Of a stretch of DNA of 64,000 bases, positions 59,301 through 64,000 are shown one piece after another. A program made the position numbers and the translations under genes. Source of the stretch: Candidatus Aenigmatarchaeota archaeon (lineage in GTDB: Archaea; Aenigmatarchaeota; Aenigmatarchaeia; JACPZZ01). Numbering within the stretch: position 1 is the first letter of the stretch; every line of letters starts with the position of its first letter. The stretch is taken from contig JACPAF010000002.1 in the NCBI GenBank assembly GCA_016180965.1, forward strand, positions 1,278 through 65,277, read 5' to 3'. The notes under the pieces were generated by a model, which ran no database searches, was not told the DNA's origin, and saw only the letters and a list, made by a program, of their open reading frames with translations.

Positions 59301-61955
59301 ACGGGCGGATCAAATCTCAAAGATTGTAAATACAGGGTTAACAGCGGAGCTTCTGGTTGGACAGTTGGCGGTGGCGGATCTGATCCTGCTATGGCCGGTG
59401 CGTGTTCCGGCTCTTCATCGACTGTCACCAAGTTGATAACAGTCGGTTCTTCCGGCGATTGCAGGGACCAGAGTTCGACCGCAGTTTGCCAAGTACAAGT
59501 TTACGCAGCTGATAATGCCGGATGGAAGAATGACGTTGACGACGGAAATGGTAACGACGGAACAGGTTTGCAATACAGAAATTACAAAGTTGATTACACT
59601 GATCCGATAACATCTGCAAAAGTTTCCGGTACATCTTCGGAGACGTTTGATGTCACATGGCCAACTTCGCTAGATTATCCGTTGATAGGAGCGTCGGGAT
59701 TGAAACAAATTGATTTTGATGTAAAAATAAATGCAGGCAGCTGGTCTTTTTGGAGTTCTTGCCAATCCTCGCAAAATGCCGTCGGACAATGCTGGAACAC
59801 TGGCAAATTATCTTACACAGGCACAGCTGGGAATACTTATGCGTTTAGGGCTAGAGGCTTTGACGTTGCCGGAAATGACGAAGCTGTTCATGCGTCTGCG
59901 GATTCGACAACTAAGGTTGTTAGCCTTCCCGGGCTTCAATACCCGTCGCCCAGCGGTTCTGATATATTTACGGTGACGCCGACGCTTGACTGGAGCGTAT
60001 CCACAGGAGCGAATTGTTACGGCATTACTGTGGGAGAAGGTGCAAATCCATTGGATATAAATAAATGCTCTGATACTAGTTGCACTGGTTATGTCGCAGC
60101 CGAATGGCCGTCGACAACCAGTTATGCGGTGCCCAATGATATTTTATCCTATGGAAAAACATACACCTGGAAAATCTTTGCATCCGCAGACAATTGCGCG
60201 AGCTATAGATCTCCCGCAACGTGGTCTTTTAACACAAAAATACCCGCGCCCAGTTTGACGTCTCCGGGCGACTTGACAACCACATCGCCGGCACCTACAT
60301 TGAGCTGGGATGCAGTAAGCGGAGCAGATTGCTATCAAGTAAATGTTATCAGGTCGTCGGACAGCGCCGTGATGATAGCAGGTGACAATTCGAATACAAA
60401 TTCATATACCGTTGCACCGGGCGTTCTTGGGCAAGGAGTTGAATACAAATGGAAGGTCAAATCATCCATCGACGGCTGTAATACATTCGGACCGTTTAGT
60501 ACGCAATGGAGATTTACAACAGGAGGAGTTTGCGCCGATATAACTAAACCCTGCAAAATCGAGTGGACAAAAATAAGCAACAATCTTGATTTCTCCATTT
60601 CGCCCACTCACGCAGCTTCGTTGGTAACGGCTACAGCGCCGGCTTACTGGTATGTAGATCTGCCGCCGCCTTCAAACTACGGCGCGCAGTTCAACAGTTA
60701 CGCGCTGGGAGCTGGGCCTTCTCCTTTGTTGAGCCCTGATGTGACTGCGAAAATAGGTACTACGGCTGGTGGAGCTGAAGTGTGCCAGGCATCGCCAGAC
60801 CTGCCATGCACCGAGGGCGTGGCAGGCAATGCACGATATTATATAACTTTAACATCCAGCGGGACCGCAAATAATCGACGGCCGGTCGGAACAGCTGAGC
60901 TTTGGGAGTGCGGCACTGCGGCAGCTATTTCAGATACCATATCTGTTGGCAGCTGCACGGTAACGGCAACAAATCTTGCAAAGGATGTGTCCGACGGGAG
61001 TAGCGGAAGGTACAAGGATCTGGGCGTTTCCAGTAATACAAGGACGATACAGTTTGACGACAAACTTTCGGGCGGCTGCGATATGGATTTGAAATTTTCA
61101 AACCAGTGGACAACGAACGTTGGCGGAATTTCCACGCTGATGAGTATGTTCAACATGAAACTTGACAAGGATGCCGGTAATGACATTTCTTTCGGTTACA
61201 AGCTTGAATCGCCAAGTTGCGTTTTCGTTCTGGGCGCTCCCGGAACGTGTTTTGATGAAGGAGCCGGTGAAGGGGGAAGTTGCAACCCGGCACAAAACAA
61301 CCCTGATGGCTACAACAGCAATTGCGCAGCCGCGGATGAGAACAGGCCGTATTGCAGTACCACACTCTCTAAATGCGGCGGCGATTGCCACAAAGATCCT
61401 CAAGTATCCGCGGACAAGAAAAGCGTCACGTGGGTGCAGCTTGCCAAAAAGAACGGATTGATCGGCGGCGCCTCTCCTAACACCGACCGCGCACAAGCCA
61501 CGTACAATTACAATGTCTGGGAATGCAATCCGGGGGACAACACAAATGCAGCGGGATATAATAATTTCTGCGCTACTAAGAATTCAAATGCGCCATATTG
61601 CGATCCCAAATGCACTTTGTGTTCGATTGTGAATAATAATCCTGCTACCAGCGGAAACCCGAATGCGTTGGACTGTCCAGCCGGCAGCACGGCTAAAGGT
61701 TGGATAGATAATCCGGCGGATCCGAATGACCAATTGATTGTCGGTAAATGCAACCTGCTCGCCGGGGCTACTAAAGGAGGAAGTTGTCAATATTTCACTT
61801 CATGCACGTTTAACACGGATTGTTCGACGGCTTGCTGCAGCAGAGAATCAATCATAAACACGGGTTATCCAGGTCCGGGAGAAGGCACGGGTAAATGTGT
61901 AACACCGTTTTCTGCAGGTAACCCGATTAATCCTTATTTGTGCAGGTCTTCCTAG
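56325..61955 (+). CDS. giant secreted multi-domain adhesin-like protein (1876 aa)
   Basis: N-terminal signal or anchor segment. PPC-like domain (DDPDDWFYF...DFDAYIY). Ig-like modules of the INSGDTYTGSTSVTLTL...MRF.N...W...KSWTL..GDGSKTV..QFKD.AGN type. Two copies of a T(T/D)..A.C(K/R)YS......YD.M...F......H...........(Y/H)....(V/L)RC.DTA module. Two FN3-like modules (PTLDW/PTLSW...CY). A Cys-rich C-terminus has repeated GYN..CA.....PYC. Confidence 0.7.
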   Translation: MIKNYGKSLNLIISVFAILGTLINVPYAGADGDPTCDNGPSLGSLSPGGSVSGDTYDPLTADDPDDWFYFITGGSGNQPVTLKLTSPPSSDFDAYIYLNTEGCASHTSVRSCTQSPPPSPEVCPAFTPTVNSVYDVKIHRYSGSGEGTFTISMAAAPAGDTTAPSAGSISINSGDTYTGSTSVTLTLSCTDNVACTSMRFANSADCSSAAWEAYSTSKSWTLVSGDGSKTVCAQFKDAAGNAGSTYTDTITLDTTNPSGSILPTSCLIKSGGSCTLTLSGSDIYKVDWLRFYGGGIDEWGGNAADGVPCASTSCSRTRSVSPASTTTYNLDVWDGASHHVTYSSTVTVDSTNPSISSFTSTPSSPITQGTSITFTITASDNIGLSKLQVYNPDTGARVDSASCSAATSCTKAIIITPSSTGSKTYIAYAVDSAGNEFTYGTTIAYTVNAADTTPPSISGGSPSGVVDSGTITMSVTTDENANCKYSTTAGTAYDSMESTFSTGQGTKSHSTSLGSLGSGLHNRYVRCADTAPTPNKNIADYTVSFTANDAPVIGTKELRSTVDSRDILLNPDIASGNSLNVYISATDDRGIDYIQYIDQSGSPSESLSCVSGGVYPTSCTKTFATITPTTASHSYSVIVRDKDGRNALATIGPINVVNSCANWVCPALSSGDTTSGLPSISDAQYVNYMNCASTCTCPAGKYIQVTESGSTETNRDFFSLGGACAGVYDPVSGSFGPLLFNSCGTQSADLKFISDYSVHSGSLSTTKISCVSPPVRSSLSPSPGSYVGSQSQTLSLTTDKAATCRYSTSSGVDYDSMTNTFSGGGTISHSIGVNTGADGTFHYYLRCKDTAGIKNLDDSDLWFVVDTSVPATTDDVSAGWYQGDATITITCTDAGSLCWQIFTCKPGIGCTPALKADGLAASPASTTETLTTTGDVVRYYSKNNAQLVESTKTSSAVKIDKIKPTSTWHADTPADGSWVNKNGFTIKVVDADTGGSNLKDCKYRVNSGASGWTVGGGGSDPAMAGACSGSSSTVTKLITVGSSGDCRDQSSTAVCQVQVYAADNAGWKNDVDDGNGNDGTGLQYRNYKVDYTDPITSAKVSGTSSETFDVTWPTSLDYPLIGASGLKQIDFDVKINAGSWSFWSSCQSSQNAVGQCWNTGKLSYTGTAGNTYAFRARGFDVAGNDEAVHASADSTTKVVSLPGLQYPSPSGSDIFTVTPTLDWSVSTGANCYGITVGEGANPLDINKCSDTSCTGYVAAEWPSTTSYAVPNDILSYGKTYTWKIFASADNCASYRSPATWSFNTKIPAPSLTSPGDLTTTSPAPTLSWDAVSGADCYQVNVIRSSDSAVMIAGDNSNTNSYTVAPGVLGQGVEYKWKVKSSIDGCNTFGPFSTQWRFTTGGVCADITKPCKIEWTKISNNLDFSISPTHAASLVTATAPAYWYVDLPPPSNYGAQFNSYALGAGPSPLLSPDVTAKIGTTAGGAEVCQASPDLPCTEGVAGNARYYITLTSSGTANNRRPVGTAELWECGTAAAISDTISVGSCTVTATNLAKDVSDGSSGRYKDLGVSSNTRTIQFDDKLSGGCDMDLKFSNQWTTNVGGISTLMSMFNMKLDKDAGNDISFGYKLESPSCVFVLGAPGTCFDEGAGEGGSCNPAQNNPDGYNSNCAAADENRPYCSTTLSKCGGDCHKDPQVSADKKSVTWVQLAKKNGLIGGASPNTDRAQATYNYNVWECNPGDNTNAAGYNNFCATKNSNAPYCDPKCTLCSIVNNNPATSGNPNALDCPAGSTAKGWIDNPADPNDQLIVGKCNLLAGATKGGSCQYFTSCTFNTDCSTACCSRESIINTGYPGPGEGTGKCVTPFSAGNPINPYLCRSS

Positions 61956-61972
61956 AAAAGAAAATTAAAAAA

Positions 61973-63172
61973 TCAGTATGCGAGCTTTCTGGCTATTTCG
62001 GCGTCACCAACCAGATAAGTCCTGCGGTCTTTATTTGTTGATAATGGATCTTCTCTGAAAACCAAAACGGTTTTTCTTAGGGGCGAAGGAGATAATTTTC
62101 CGCCCGATACTTGTTCTAACGCATCAACAGCTTGTCTGTTTGGCAGGTTTGGCTGCAAATATCCGTGGTCTATTGGTTGTCCGTAATAACCGGGATCGTT
62201 TGCAAATTCATCTTCCAGTTGTCTGGAAATACGAATGGCTAATTGTCTGTCACCTCTTGAAAGATCGTTAACGTTGTATGCTATCTGCGCTTGTCCGCCT
62301 ACAGCTAAAACGTAAGCTAATGGCTGTTCGTTTCTTGCAATTTCTTCGTTCCCTTTAGGATATGTCCATGCCCGTCCAACCAATGCCCAGTGAGCTTTGT
62401 CTGCGAATGTGCCTTGTTGCCTGATAGCAGATTTGTATTTTGCGGCTTCTTGTTCTGTCCACCAAATATTGACGATGTCTGCCTGATCCAAATATTCTCT
62501 CATCTTCGCAGGATCTTGTAACTCAGCCCATATCTGATCGTGTTGCGTTACCATTTCTGCGATGTGTTTTTCCAGCGCGTCATTAGCCTTTAATGTCAAA
62601 TCTTCGTGATCCCTATTGACTGAAGAATAATTGTTAAACAAGGCATCGGGAAGGAAATCCGTATATTCGCTGAACGGAACCAGTCTTTCACCTTTTTTGT
62701 CCCATTCTATGTTGGCTTTGGTCCATTTGACAACCGAAGTTTTTAACCTGTCAAAATCTGTAATTATTCCATGACCGTTGGACGCGCCCCTTTTTCTGGC
62801 TTCATCTTGGGCGTTCTTGAAATCAACAATTCTTTGTGTTGCATAATTCAATGCAGACGTGTAATTGGAAATTTCTGGAAGTTCTTGTGTTAAATAAGAT
62901 CGGGTCTGTGTGTAGTAAACATCTGTAACCGTTTTATCCGAACTTCCCGTGCTTGTTTGTCCTGTTCCTTGCGATTGTGTGTCAACAGACCTTCCTATGG
63001 ATGGTAAATTTGGGAATTCGATGGAGTTGCTTCTCGGAAGCAATCTTGGGACTGTTGCAGCGGCTATCATTAATGCAAGCGCGCCGGCAGTGGCAACTCT
63101 GCCTACCGGATTGTCATAAAGCGCTTCAATGAAATGGCGTCTTTGGTGGATCTGTTGCGACATAGATATCAA
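61973..63172 (-). CDS. hypothetical N-terminally anchored protein
   Basis: 399-aa ORF with one hydrophobic segment (VATAGALALMIAAATV). The rest is Q/R/Y/D/W-rich with no motif I recognise. Convergent with the giant ORF. Confidence 0.45.
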   Translation of the reverse strand: MISMSQQIHQRRHFIEALYDNPVGRVATAGALALMIAAATVPRLLPRSNSIEFPNLPSIGRSVDTQSQGTGQTSTGSSDKTVTDVYYTQTRSYLTQELPEISNYTSALNYATQRIVDFKNAQDEARKRGASNGHGIITDFDRLKTSVVKWTKANIEWDKKGERLVPFSEYTDFLPDALFNNYSSVNRDHEDLTLKANDALEKHIAEMVTQHDQIWAELQDPAKMREYLDQADIVNIWWTEQEAAKYKSAIRQQGTFADKAHWALVGRAWTYPKGNEEIARNEQPLAYVLAVGGQAQIAYNVNDLSRGDRQLAIRISRQLEDEFANDPGYYGQPIDHGYLQPNLPNRQAVDALEQVSGGKLSPSPLRKTVLVFREDPLSTNKDRRTYLVGDAEIARKLAY

Positions 63173-63463
63173 CTATGTAGTAGTGGTAACACCCTAAATA
63201 TATATGTAACTATTTGATTGTAGTCATATTATTGATAGAAAATGTATAGTTTAGGTTATTTTTACTGGATAGTTGTTGTTAATAATGCTGATTTTTGGGA
63301 CAGAATGGATATGCAAATTAAACGATTGTGTATAAATTTTGTTAGAAGAAGCGTTTCAAAACTGCAGGCAACCATGCAACAATTTACGCGCATCTAGCAG
63401 AGTCCTTCTATATTTTTCAAGAACCGTAATATTAATATAACAGTTGTTATAATATTATTACAC

Positions 63464-63988
63464 ATGTTACAAAAATATAACAGATGGAAAGTGCTGCAGG
63501 TTTTTTTCGACGACCCGGAGGGATATTTCCAATTGAGGGAGATGGGCAGAAAGGTGCGTCTGGCCACCGTTTCTGTGAAGCTGATTTTGGAGTATCTTTT
63601 GGACGAAGGTCTGATAAAGACCGAGAAAATAAAAAAATATCTTGTGTATGTTGCCAACAGGGACAGTGAAGCTTTCAGGTTTTTGAAGAAAATGAACAGC
63701 CTGATTATGATATCGGAATCCGGAATTCTGGGCTATCTCGGCGATTTGTGCATGCCTGATGCTATTATACTTTTTGGCTCGACCTCAAGAGGAGAGGATA
63801 CAAAAAACAGCGATATAGATTTGTTTCTTTTGTGTCAGGAAATTTCTCCTGACCTGTCGAAATTTGAAAAGATCCTGGACAGAAAGATAAACCTGCTGTT
63901 CAGCGGCAATTTCAGAGAATTAAGCAACGAACTAAAGAATAACATAATCAACGGCATAGTATTGAAAGGCTATCTCAAGGTGTTTTGA
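63464..63988 (+). CDS. nucleotidyltransferase-domain protein (MNT-type antitoxin-like) with N-terminal wHTH
   Basis: ILFGSTSRGEDTKNSDIDLFLL matches G-S-x(n)-D-x-D of the minimal nucleotidyltransferase fold. An ATG at 63989 opens a further ORF cut by the window edge, which could be a HEPN partner but cannot be assessed. Confidence 0.6.
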   Translation: MLQKYNRWKVLQVFFDDPEGYFQLREMGRKVRLATVSVKLILEYLLDEGLIKTEKIKKYLVYVANRDSEAFRFLKKMNSLIMISESGILGYLGDLCMPDAIILFGSTSRGEDTKNSDIDLFLLCQEISPDLSKFEKILDRKINLLFSGNFRELSNELKNNIINGIVLKGYLKVF

Positions 63989-64000
63989 ATGAACTGGATA

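Noticed and set aside
63989-64000. An ATG directly after the nucleotidyltransferase gene, possibly a HEPN toxin partner.
   Set aside because: Only 12 nt fall inside the window, so nothing can be supported.

Overview
This window looks like a chromosomal segment from a small, AT-leaning archaeal genome. The lineage guess is DPANN or Micrarchaeota-like. That guess is an inference from gene content, multi-intron tRNAs and giant surface proteins, and it has not been computed.

About two thirds of the window is compact housekeeping DNA:
- Translation and transcription: aIF2-gamma, aIF5B, Rpo7, Spt4, and ribosomal proteins S24e, S27ae and L40e.
- Replication and repair: RFC small subunit, Orc1/Cdc6, Ogg.
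- Nucleotide and cofactor metabolism: Tmk, Ndk, PurD, PPase, dephospho-CoA kinase.
- Other: Rio2, HtpX, TrxB, a P-type ATPase.

The items most worth a second look are listed below.
1. 1218-4869: two paralogous unknown proteins share a promoter and leader. One heads a HAD plus Nudix cassette and the other a methyltransferase-like gene. Both sit directly upstream of the mevalonate operon.
2. 4913-8623: a single operon combines Thermoplasma-type mevalonate genes with a classical mevalonate kinase. The Thermoplasma-type genes are mevalonate-3-kinase-like, a frameshifted 2-phosphoglycerate-kinase-like kinase, and a decarboxylase.
3. 20285-20803: a 520-bp gene-free region holds four members of a bulged-base hairpin family, plus a long-range helix with an RNase P P4-like core. 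A fifth hairpin lies just upstream of tRNA-Pro.
4. 21909-22125: a promoter-equipped, unclassified structured RNA of about 150-180 nt.
5. Three hand-folded tRNAs: Thr(GGU) with a non-canonical intron, Tyr(GUA) with two introns, and Pro(UGG). A LAGLIDADG gene broken by one in-frame TAG abuts tRNA-Thr.
6. Three type-IV-pilin-like paralogs, two of them fused to LamG lectin domains.
7. 52980-61955: a surface-protein cluster with a pilin, a sequon-rich P-domain glycoprotein, a small membrane protein, and a 1876-aa multi-domain adhesin.
8. 47369-51362: a metal-homeostasis island.
9. Two toxin-antitoxin loci.

No CRISPR array, rRNA, transposase or integrase was seen. All homology calls come from motif recognition by eye, and no database search was run.
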